Part shown: one piece after another, positions 26,579 to 34,867 of the stretch | Numbering within the stretch: the first letter of the stretch is position 1 | How the letters are laid out: every line of letters begins with the position of its first letter | Virus record (IMG/VR): IMGVR_UViG_3300031933_000117 | Coordinates: 2,688 to 66,687 of that record | Strand: one strand, 5' to 3' | Length of the DNA: 64,000 nt | Source of the DNA: a virus | Translations under genes and position numbers: made by a program | Notes under the pieces: model-generated | What the model saw: only the letters and a program-made list of their open reading frames with translations | The model's database searches: none | What the model was told of the DNA's origin: nothing

Positions 26579-26982
26579 GCCTTAGAACCCAGATGTCCCA
26601 GATTTCTTGCTGTAGCATTATTTCTGGATTGCCCCCTTACCCCACCAGACCTTCCAGAACGACGGTCTCCAAATCTTCCACCAGTAGAAGTATCTTCTCC
26701 TTCACCATCACTTGAAGGAATATTGGCAAGACTACCACCTCTTGCTCTAGTATCTTTTGGTTTTGATGCTTTTCCAGAAACCCAAGTGTTTTCTCTTTCA
26801 TCTTTTTTATCCCTATCACCGGTTAGGGCACCGATTTTTGCTTGAGTTCCTGCCTGTAATTCTCCCGCCTGCATTTCAACTTCCAAAGCACCTTTCATAT
26901 CTCCCTTTTGCCTAAGCATTTTTGCTTTTGCTCTAAGTTCTTGAATTGTTGCTTCTAAAATAAACTCTTGAAACGTCTTCAT
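26575..26982 (-). CDS. Putative internal head protein (CTS-like N-terminus)
   Basis: MKTFQEFILE|A resembles the T4 capsid targeting sequence; late promoter at 26999-27006; Gly/Arg/Lys-rich body. Confidence 0.55.
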   Translation of the reverse strand: MKTFQEFILEATIQELRAKAKMLRQKGDMKGALEVEMQAGELQAGTQAKIGALTGDRDKKDERENTWVSGKASKPKDTRARGGSLANIPSSDGEGEDTSTGGRFGDRRSGRSGGVRGQSRNNATARNLGHLGSKA

Positions 26983-26993
26983 ATGAATAGTTT

Positions 26994-27179
26994 CTAATTA
27001 TTTATAGAATCCATATCCATATAAATGATATCTATTTCTTTTACATTCTCAGGAATATGAATCCACTCATAAAACTCTGCTTCTAATGCTTTTGCATTCT
27101 TGTGACGATCTGCTTCGTGAAGTAAATCAATTTTGCTTACAGCCCAGTCTTTAATGTCACCCAGATACTCATTTTCCAA
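26994..27179 (-). CDS. Hypothetical protein
   Basis: ORF track. Confidence 0.5.
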   Translation of the reverse strand: MENEYLGDIKDWAVSKIDLLHEADRHKNAKALEAEFYEWIHIPENVKEIDIIYMDMDSINN

Positions 27180-27269
27180 AGTTAGTTCCTCATATGTGAA
27201 TATTATATTTTAATCCAATCGCTCTGTCAAGTGCTTTACCTACATACTATGATTAGGAATACTTATCAT

Positions 27270-27731
27270 ATGACTTGGCAGTACAACAAAGAGGACTTTA
27301 CCGATGTACCCAAAGGTATGGAAGGATTTGTTTATGTCATTACAAATCTAACTAATGATAAAAAATATATTGGAAAGAAGAACTTCTGGACTCGTCAAAA
27401 AGATCGTAAGACTGGTCGTAGAAAAACTAAAGAAAGTGATTGGCAATCTTACTTTGGCTCCTGTGATGAACTTAAGGACGATATAAAGTTATTGGGTCAA
27501 GATAAGTTCTTTAGAGAAATCTTGTATTTGTGCCCTCATAAGAAATCTATGAGTTATTATGAGACTATGGAACAATTCAAGCGTGATGTAATCTTAAGAG
27601 AAGATTATTACAACACAAATGTTGAAGGTAAGTATTTTTCCAACGAAATGGATCGAATTTACAATTTGGTAGAACGTTCTGCGATAAATAATGATGTCTC
27701 TAGGAACGGCAATTCTCTACGGGCAGATTAG
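27270..27731 (+). CDS. GIY-YIG-family nuclease (Seg-like)
   Basis: Likely start MTWQY; GFVYVITN...KKYIGKK, YFGS, FFREIL, YYE. Confidence 0.7.
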   Translation: MTWQYNKEDFTDVPKGMEGFVYVITNLTNDKKYIGKKNFWTRQKDRKTGRRKTKESDWQSYFGSCDELKDDIKLLGQDKFFREILYLCPHKKSMSYYETMEQFKRDVILREDYYNTNVEGKYFSNEMDRIYNLVERSAINNDVSRNGNSLRAD

Positions 27732-27794
27732 GTGCTTTCGGGCACCTTTTCTATTATGAACTCTTATAAATAATAATGCCGTTCATAGAGAATA

Positions 27795-28481
27795 ATGATG
27801 ACTTCACAAAGTCCAAGAATATACTTGTATAAAATTACTTTTGAAGAAGTTCCATATTACTATTATGGAGTTCACAAAGAAAAAATATTTGATAAGTATT
27901 ATATGGGTTCTCCGGTATCACATAAATGGTGTTGGAAACTTTATACTCCAAAGAAACAAATATTAGAAATCTTTCCTTATACTGATGAAGGATGGATTGA
28001 AGCGCAAGAAGTTGAAAGTAGAATAATAAAAATATTTTATCAAACGGATAAATGGTGTCTTAATGAAAATTGTGGTGGGAAAATATCGTTGAATTCTCTC
28101 AAAAAAGCAGGAATATATGTATATAAATCTAAAATAGGTTTTTTTAAATTCTCAAAAGAAGAAAGAGTAAAAATTAATAAATTAGCAGGCAAAAAAGGAG
28201 GAAAAAAATCAAAAGAACTTGGTGTTGGTATTTTTGGACTTACTAAAGAAGAAAGAAGAGAACACGGAAGTAAAATGGGAAAACTTAGTTATGAATTTGG
28301 TACTGGTATTCATGGAAGAACAGAACAAAAAGTGGTAGAAGATTGTAAAAAAGGAGCAAAAAAAACCAATTCTCAAAAATGGATGTGTGAAGAAACTGGT
28401 TATATAACAACATCAGGACCACTTACATTATACCAAAAGACAAGAGGTATAGATACTTCCAAAAGAGTTAGAATACTATAA
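27795..28481 (+). CDS. Free-standing GIY-YIG-type homing endonuclease
   Basis: IYLYKITF...YYYGVH...YMGS, KQILE, CLNEN; repeated GIFG/GKKG DNA-binding-like segments; TATAAATA upstream. Confidence 0.75.
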   Translation: MMTSQSPRIYLYKITFEEVPYYYYGVHKEKIFDKYYMGSPVSHKWCWKLYTPKKQILEIFPYTDEGWIEAQEVESRIIKIFYQTDKWCLNENCGGKISLNSLKKAGIYVYKSKIGFFKFSKEERVKINKLAGKKGGKKSKELGVGIFGLTKEERREHGSKMGKLSYEFGTGIHGRTEQKVVEDCKKGAKKTNSQKWMCEETGYITTSGPLTLYQKTRGIDTSKRVRIL

Positions 28482-28554
28482 GGACATATGTCCGTAAGAG
28501 TTCGAACGTGTCTTAAAGTACTTAAAGCTCCCTGTTCTCAAAAGCAACAAACCT

Positions 28555-28583
28555 ATTATAGCGACAAAAAAGCACCTTGTCAA
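28555..28583 (-). promoter_or_regulatory. Sigma70-type promoter facing the plus-strand endonuclease genes
   Basis: TTGACA-17 nt-TATAAT; -35 lies inside hairpin AAAGCACC...GGTGCTTT. Confidence 0.65.
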
Positions 28584-28625
28584 GAGGTGCTTTGAGTTAT
28601 GTTAAGATTTTGTAATAATTAGTCT

Positions 28626-30269
28626 TTATTTCTTTTTGGTTGGGGGGAGTTTGCGTTCATCTACTTCAGGATTATATTCTCTTTTATATTCTCCATGACT
28701 AGGTGGATTGCTACCATCTCCTCCTTTTGTTCCTTTTTTAACAGGTACAATAGGTATAGGAACTGACTGTACTGTCGTCATTACTTCTACAATATCACCA
28801 ATCATCTCAGCGTTCATCTCAAGCATCACATAATTTGCTTCTTCTAAGGTGCCTGCGTGACCCTGTGAGAGGAGATACTCAAGCACGAGGTCATAGGCAT
28901 CATACTCATAAGATTGCCTTAGAGTAGTTCTGGGAGGTGGGGGAGCTGTCTCTTTTTTAGGAGGTAGTGGAGCTGCTTTAGGATCCGCTGTTGGGGTTGG
29001 TGGTGCTGTTGAAGTCGCAGCACTTAATTTAGCAGCAAGTGGAGCAGTAGGAACTCCAAAACCACTAGGACGAGATGTTACTGCTGGTTTTGGAGCAGGT
29101 TTTGATGCCTCTACACCTGCCTTAACCGCTGCTTCTTCAGCACCCTTTGTATTGCCTGCTGTCTTTGCTGCTTCTCTTGCTTCTCTTGCTGCTTTTAATT
29201 CTGCACTAGTTGCCGCTCTTCTTTCAAACTTAGTTCCACCTGCGGTAGTTCCAACAAACTCACGCTTTCCAGTTACAGTAGACATTCTTGTTTCAAGTGG
29301 TTTTGCTGGTGCTGGTCTAGAAGGTGTTGGTGCTGGTGTAGAAGCAGGAGGTTTTGGTGCTGGTGTAGAAGAAGTTGGTGCTGGTGTAGAAGCAGGAGGT
29401 TTTGGTGCCTCAGGTGCTGGTGTAGAAGGAGTTGGTTTTGGTGAAGGTTTTGGTGCCTTGCCTGGAACTGTGATTTCCTTTTCACCTTGAGATTTTAATC
29501 TTTTGTTAATTGTTCCCGGTAATTGATAACTATTAGTCTCCGGATCCCAAAGTTTTGTTACTCCACCTACTGTCAATTTGGACCAGTCACCACCTTTAGG
29601 TTTTTGTGATGGAAATGCAGGATCTTCTGTTATAATATAGTTTTTACCATAACTATATTCTTGCGTCAAATGTGCCGGTGGGAGATTTCTTTTAGGAGGA
29701 CTTGGTTTTGATATATCTGGTGCTGCTATGTAAGGCTTTATAGAATCAGCAGCTTGTTGGGTTTGTCGGGCAGCTTGTCCTGGACTTGGGATACTGTGTC
29801 CCGCTCTTCTTAATGCCTGAATCGCAGATCCAGCATATTCTCTAACCTTTCCACCACTTAAATATTGATCCAATCCAGCAGCAATAGCAGCGGGAACTGC
29901 CAATTTTCCTGCTTTTGTGGCAAGTGCCTTAGCAGGACCTTTTGCTCCCTGAAAAAATGCAGTTGCAGATTTCTTAGCAGCTTCTTTTCCTGGTCCTTTT
30001 ATACCTTTAACAATTGCCGACCCAGCTTTTCCGGCAAGGGCACCTACACCTTTCAATAATGCTCCCCATCCTTCTGTTATATGATATTCATATAACTCTT
30101 CATAAGTATATTCACTTAGATCATATCCATCTTCAATTAAGAAATCAATAACTTCAAGAAACTCTTTAATTTCTTTTTCTTCATTTAATTTATTTCTAAT
30201 ATCGTCATCATATACTGCATAATATGCTTCCATTAAAGAATTATATTGATTTTGCGCTGTCTTATTCAT
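28626..30269 (-). CDS. Large Pro/Ala/Lys-rich late protein, paralog family member 1
   Basis: Acidic modules LMEAYYAVY, LIEDGYDLSEYTYEELYE and YDLVLEYLLSQGHA..LEEA flank low-complexity regions. Confidence 0.7.
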   Translation of the reverse strand: MNKTAQNQYNSLMEAYYAVYDDDIRNKLNEEKEIKEFLEVIDFLIEDGYDLSEYTYEELYEYHITEGWGALLKGVGALAGKAGSAIVKGIKGPGKEAAKKSATAFFQGAKGPAKALATKAGKLAVPAAIAAGLDQYLSGGKVREYAGSAIQALRRAGHSIPSPGQAARQTQQAADSIKPYIAAPDISKPSPPKRNLPPAHLTQEYSYGKNYIITEDPAFPSQKPKGGDWSKLTVGGVTKLWDPETNSYQLPGTINKRLKSQGEKEITVPGKAPKPSPKPTPSTPAPEAPKPPASTPAPTSSTPAPKPPASTPAPTPSRPAPAKPLETRMSTVTGKREFVGTTAGGTKFERRAATSAELKAAREAREAAKTAGNTKGAEEAAVKAGVEASKPAPKPAVTSRPSGFGVPTAPLAAKLSAATSTAPPTPTADPKAAPLPPKKETAPPPPRTTLRQSYEYDAYDLVLEYLLSQGHAGTLEEANYVMLEMNAEMIGDIVEVMTTVQSVPIPIVPVKKGTKGGDGSNPPSHGEYKREYNPEVDERKLPPTKKK

Positions 30270-30331
30270 TCTTTGGATATTTTGATCTTAATTTTATTTA
30301 TAATGATTGCCTTTTTATTTGAGGTTTTAGT

Positions 30332-31816
30332 CTATCTACCACCCCTTTTTCCGCCCATACCTCCTCCTGCTGGTGGTTTAGGTGGAGCTGGTTTTGCTCC
30401 AACAATCTTAGGTCCAACGATCTTAGGACCTACAAGATTTTTAGAACCCTTAACTCCCAAATCTTGCTGACGTTTAATATCACTTTGAGAAGCTTGCTTC
30501 AGTTTTTGTGCCGCAAGTTTCGCATCATTTGCCTTATAAGCATTAGGATTAAATGTTCTACCAATTCTTTCAAGTGCGCTACTTGATCCTTCACCTGGTT
30601 TTGCTGCTCTTTTATATATTGCCTTTCCGCCTTTATAAGCAAGAAAACCAGTTTCCGCTTTACCAGTTTCTGGATTTTTAACTACTGATGTTTTGGCAAG
30701 TTGAACTGTCTTCTTTTGAGAACCAGACCCAGTTGTCATAGTTCCTTTCTTGGTATCAAACGATGTTGGACCACCAATACCTTTTAGTGCTCCGCCTGCC
30801 TGTCTCTTACGATTTGCCTCTCTATCTGCAGCTCTCTGTACCGCATTCTTTCCGGCAGCAACATCAAATGCCTTAGATGCTGCCATAGATCCACCAGTAG
30901 CACCAGCAACTGTTCCAACTGGACCAGCTACAGATCCTGCAGCACCACCAAGAGCACCACCAGCGGCAACCGCCGCACCTTTTGCCAAAGATCTAGCCCA
31001 TCCAGATCCTTTTGATTTTTCGTTAGCAACCTCAAGAGCAGAGGCCGCCGGACCTGCAAGTTTACCAGCAACTCTAAGTGCTTTTCCAGCACCAGAAGGT
31101 AATTTTGGATTAGGAACATTTCTATTTGTTCTAATAACATCCGGATTTGATGGAGATCCCTTTGGAGCGGTTAGTGTTGATTTGGAGGTTGTTGCTAATG
31201 GTCCACCTTTTACGGGTGTTGCGGATGGAGTTTTAGCGGGAGGTAATGCTGGTTTTGCGGATGTACCACCGGCAGGAGCAAGAGTTCTATTTGGCAATCT
31301 ACTGGATGGTCCTTCTTTAGGAATACCTAATTGTGATTGAGGTTTCTTGGGAAACTGTTTCCAAGGATCTCTGGCGGCACCAGTTGCAGGTTTTCTTGCA
31401 GTAGACGCCAATTTACCACCGGTTTGTCCCGCAGCAGGTAATGCTGGTTTTGCGGATGTACCACCGGCAGGAGGAAGAGTTCTATTTGGTAATCTACTGG
31501 ATGGTCCTTCTTTAGGAATACCTAATTGTGGTTGGGGTTTCTTAGGAAATTGGTTCCAAGGATTTCTTGCGGTAACTTTTTTTAATACTGGAGTTACAAC
31601 TTTCGCAACAGCGCCAAGTCTTTCGTCTAATTGAATATAAGACTCATACATCTCTTCCCAAGTACAATCACTTAGGTCATAACCTTCTTCAATAAGGTCA
31701 TTTACCCAGTTCTCAACTTCTTCCCATACCTGTTCTTCGGTAAGTTCTTGAGGGGCATATACTGCCTGATATGCCTCCATCAAACCATATACATCAGTAC
31801 CAGTAAGTCTAGACAT
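30332..31816 (-). CDS. Large low-complexity late protein, paralog family member 2
   Basis: LMEAYQAVYAPQELTEE...LIEEGYDLSDCTWEEMYE; internal 42-aa duplication. Confidence 0.7.
   Translation of the reverse strand: MSRLTGTDVYGLMEAYQAVYAPQELTEEQVWEEVENWVNDLIEEGYDLSDCTWEEMYESYIQLDERLGAVAKVVTPVLKKVTARNPWNQFPKKPQPQLGIPKEGPSSRLPNRTLPPAGGTSAKPALPAAGQTGGKLASTARKPATGAARDPWKQFPKKPQSQLGIPKEGPSSRLPNRTLAPAGGTSAKPALPPAKTPSATPVKGGPLATTSKSTLTAPKGSPSNPDVIRTNRNVPNPKLPSGAGKALRVAGKLAGPAASALEVANEKSKGSGWARSLAKGAAVAAGGALGGAAGSVAGPVGTVAGATGGSMAASKAFDVAAGKNAVQRAADREANRKRQAGGALKGIGGPTSFDTKKGTMTTGSGSQKKTVQLAKTSVVKNPETGKAETGFLAYKGGKAIYKRAAKPGEGSSSALERIGRTFNPNAYKANDAKLAAQKLKQASQSDIKRQQDLGVKGSKNLVGPKIVGPKIVGAKPAPPKPPAGGGMGGKRGGR
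31241..31561 (-). repeat. Intragenic 126-nt duplication (31436-31561 and 31241-31366), period 195 nt
   Basis: PW(N/K)QFPKKPQ(P/S)QLGIPKEGPSSRLPNRTL(P/A)PAGGTSAKPALP occurs twice. Confidence 0.9.
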
Positions 31817-31880
31817 TTTTTATTTTAAGTTCTTTATAGTTTTATTTATAAAAAAAAAGAGTCCCGAAGGACTCTGGTAA

Positions 31881-33455
31881 TTATCCACCAATAGATTTCT
31901 TTCTTGGTTTTGGTCTTAAGGATCCACGTTGGAGATAAGGTCTTCCCCTCTGCATAAGCAACCTTTCATCATCTACAGGATGTCCCTCTAAAATAGTAGA
32001 TATCCATTTTTCACTCATATTTTCAACAATAGTTGTCGCTGCTTCTTCATTATCAGCATATCCTTCATCAAGAACATAAGAAAATAGAGCATCATATTCT
32101 TCCTTTCTCAATAATCTACCAGCAAGTCTTGCTGCACCACTTATACCAGAAGCAACTCCACTAGCAAAAGGAGCAGCAGCTTTTGCTGCTTTTCTAAGGG
32201 TTTTACCAGTTTCGCCAGCAAGACGCTCTGCATCTCGTGTTGCTTTATTATGGCGTTCTATGCCTGCATCAATCGCAGCGAATAATCCTTTTTTGGTTTG
32301 GTTTGGAGTTTCCTCAGTTTCTGGTTGATTTTTTACTGCTGCCTTTGTTGCTCTCTTTCTTGTTTTGGCAGCATCCCTTTCCTCCTGCTTTTTCTTTACT
32401 TCCTCATAGCTAGGACCTCCGGCACGTCTTCTTTTTGCTGACCTTGCCTCATTTAAGGTATAATCTTCAGCAATCTCATTAACCCAATCAACAAACTCTT
32501 CCACTCCAAGTTCTTCAATTAAAATATCAATTCCATATTCATTAAGTCCCATTTCGTAGAAATATTCAGTTGCGATCTCTACTTCTTCGGTAAGTTCTTG
32601 AGGAGAATCATATCCTTCAACTTTATAAGACTTGTTGTTCCAAGTAAAAGTAGAACCCATCCCACTTTTAATTTTTGCTGTTTTATATGCCTTATCAAAA
32701 GACTGAGATTTAGACAAACCTTGATCTGGATTTTTTGGACCCTGTTGTGGTTTATAATCTCCTCTCTTTAATGCGGCAGTAAGTGTTCCGGAAGCAGTAG
32801 GTCTTGGTGCAGACACAGCAGCAGCAACACCAGCAGGAGTTATTCCTCTCAATCCAGCAAGAACACCTGCAACTTGCCCTACTCGATTGGCACCAGGTAA
32901 CTTAGTTGTTGGTTTTGTAGTAGATGTTGGAGTTGGTTTTGTCGTTGTTGGTTTTGGTGCTGGTCCTAATGCAGGTTTTTCCCAAGCAGGTTTTGGTGCT
33001 CTTGAAGGAAGATTTGTTGGGTTTGTTGTTCCCATTAGACCACCACCAGTTGTTCTGTTTAGTCTTTGAGTATCTCTAAATTGTTGAGAACGATTTGTTG
33101 AAGTTGCTGGAGATGGTACTTTAGTGCTTTTAAATTGAAGTTCTGGTCTTGCTGCAGCGCCTGTTGGACCTCTTTGTGCCGCTTTTGCTGCCTTTGCTGC
33201 GTCTTTAGCAGCAATACCTGCGTTCACTTGTGCAACAGAAGGTCCACCAGTTCTTCTATTCGCTGGTCTACCTTGTTCTTCAATATAAGACTCATACATT
33301 TCTTCCCAAGTATAATCACTTAGGTCGTAACCTTCTTCAATAAGATAATTTACCAAGTTCTCAACTTCTTCCCATACCCGTTCTTCGGTGAGTTCTTGAG
33401 GAGCATATACTGCCTGATATGCTTCTTGAAGATTACGAATATCTTGTGCGTTCAT
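31881..33455 (-). CDS. Large low-complexity late protein, paralog family member 3
   Basis: LQEAYQAVYAPQELTEE...LIEEGYDLSDYTWEEMYE; further modules PQELTEEVEIATEYF and YVLDEGYADNEEAA. Confidence 0.7.
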   Translation of the reverse strand: MNAQDIRNLQEAYQAVYAPQELTEERVWEEVENLVNYLIEEGYDLSDYTWEEMYESYIEEQGRPANRRTGGPSVAQVNAGIAAKDAAKAAKAAQRGPTGAAARPELQFKSTKVPSPATSTNRSQQFRDTQRLNRTTGGGLMGTTNPTNLPSRAPKPAWEKPALGPAPKPTTTKPTPTSTTKPTTKLPGANRVGQVAGVLAGLRGITPAGVAAAVSAPRPTASGTLTAALKRGDYKPQQGPKNPDQGLSKSQSFDKAYKTAKIKSGMGSTFTWNNKSYKVEGYDSPQELTEEVEIATEYFYEMGLNEYGIDILIEELGVEEFVDWVNEIAEDYTLNEARSAKRRRAGGPSYEEVKKKQEERDAAKTRKRATKAAVKNQPETEETPNQTKKGLFAAIDAGIERHNKATRDAERLAGETGKTLRKAAKAAAPFASGVASGISGAARLAGRLLRKEEYDALFSYVLDEGYADNEEAATTIVENMSEKWISTILEGHPVDDERLLMQRGRPYLQRGSLRPKPRKKSIGG

Positions 33456-33494
33456 CTTACAAATACTTTTTAGTTATTTATAAAAAAAAGGGTC

Positions 33495-33644
33495 TCAAGG
33501 ACCCTTATCTAACCAAACATAAGAATAGTCGTGATCTCCAAAAAGAACATCATCATATTCGGCAGCATCTTTATAGCATTTTAGAAGTTCTTCTTCACAC
33601 CACTCATCGTAATTTCCATCACTATTGAGTAGTTTTGGTGTCAT
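33495..33644 (-). CDS. 49-aa acidic hypothetical protein
   Basis: Read by hand: MTPKLLNSDGNYDEWCEEELLKCYKDAAEYDD...; overlaps nrdB stop. Confidence 0.5.
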   Translation of the reverse strand: MTPKLLNSDGNYDEWCEEELLKCYKDAAEYDDVLFGDHDYSYVWLDKGP

Positions 33645-34822
33645 AACTTAAATCCGGAGAAAGTATCAGATTTTACATCAGACTTAATACCACCAACCAA
33701 ATATGAAGTTATCTCCGATTCTTGTGGTGCTATTTGTACTTCTCTCGAATTTAACCAGTGTGAGGTCCAAGGAAGTGGATTATTCTTCGCCGGAACATCA
33801 TAAACAGGACGAAGACCGATTGCCTTCATTCTACGATTAGCGATCCATTCCACATACTGCTGAAGAAGTTTATCATTTAAACCAATCATCGAACCATCCT
33901 TAAAGAGATGCTCCGCCCAGTGTTTTTCCTGATTAACTGCGTTCTCAAAGGTCTTATAAACCCACTGCTCTTCTTCCTGTGAGATTTTCTTCATATCAGG
34001 GTCATCACCCTCCTTCCACTTGTTTAGAATGTTCTGGGTGATGACTAAATGCTGACTTTCATCTCTGGCAATCAAACCGATGATTTTTGCACTTCCTTCC
34101 ATAAGTTTGAGTTCGCCAAATGCAAAACTGCAAGCGAAACTAACATAAAAGCGAATACCTTCAAGAATATTAACATTTGCAACTGCTCTGTAGAGTTTGC
34201 GTTTGAGTTCATATCTTTCTACCTGTGCGTAAGGAACTTGTTCTTGAGCGTGTTTCCAAAGTTCAGAAGTTCCATAATGTTGAGCACTATTGATAAAGTC
34301 ATTATATGCCTCAGTTACACTTGCCGCTCTTTCCATAATACGATCATCACAAAGAATTGTATCAAAAACATCAGAAGGATTTGAATATACATTCTTAATG
34401 ATATAGGTATATGAACGAGAATGAATCATCTCCATAAACTCCCATACTTTCATACATGCTTCTAGTTCTGGTAGAGAGCAGTACGGAGCAAATGCCATAC
34501 CGGGACCTCTTCCCTGAACCGAATCAAGCATAATCTGATATTTTAGATTACTTGTGAAAATATGTTTTTGTTCGGGTCGTAGAGTCTGATAGTCCCCACG
34601 ATCTTTTTGTAATGAGATTTCTTCGGGTCTCCAAAAGTATCCAAGTTGTTGTTGAGTCAATTTATCAAAGATTGGATACTTATAAGAATCATATCGTTGT
34701 ATCCCCAGTGGTTGTCCAAAAAACATGGGTTGTTTTTTAGTATCCACTTCTTGGGAATTAAAAACGGTCATAGATTCGACCATTAGGTTCTCCTTCGTAC
34801 TTTTCTTAAAACTAAAAGTCAT
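33641..34822 (-). CDS. nrdB: Class Ia ribonucleotide reductase beta subunit
   Basis: FWRPEEISL, DSVQGRGP, EMIHSRSY, LEGIRFYVSF, IARDESQH, APQESEITSY. Confidence 0.95.
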   Translation of the reverse strand: MTFSFKKSTKENLMVESMTVFNSQEVDTKKQPMFFGQPLGIQRYDSYKYPIFDKLTQQQLGYFWRPEEISLQKDRGDYQTLRPEQKHIFTSNLKYQIMLDSVQGRGPGMAFAPYCSLPELEACMKVWEFMEMIHSRSYTYIIKNVYSNPSDVFDTILCDDRIMERAASVTEAYNDFINSAQHYGTSELWKHAQEQVPYAQVERYELKRKLYRAVANVNILEGIRFYVSFACSFAFGELKLMEGSAKIIGLIARDESQHLVITQNILNKWKEGDDPDMKKISQEEEQWVYKTFENAVNQEKHWAEHLFKDGSMIGLNDKLLQQYVEWIANRRMKAIGLRPVYDVPAKNNPLPWTSHWLNSREVQIAPQESEITSYLVGGIKSDVKSDTFSGFKL

Positions 34823-34867
34823 TTTTTTCCTTTAATAAATTAACTCACCTTCTTATATTTAATCAAA

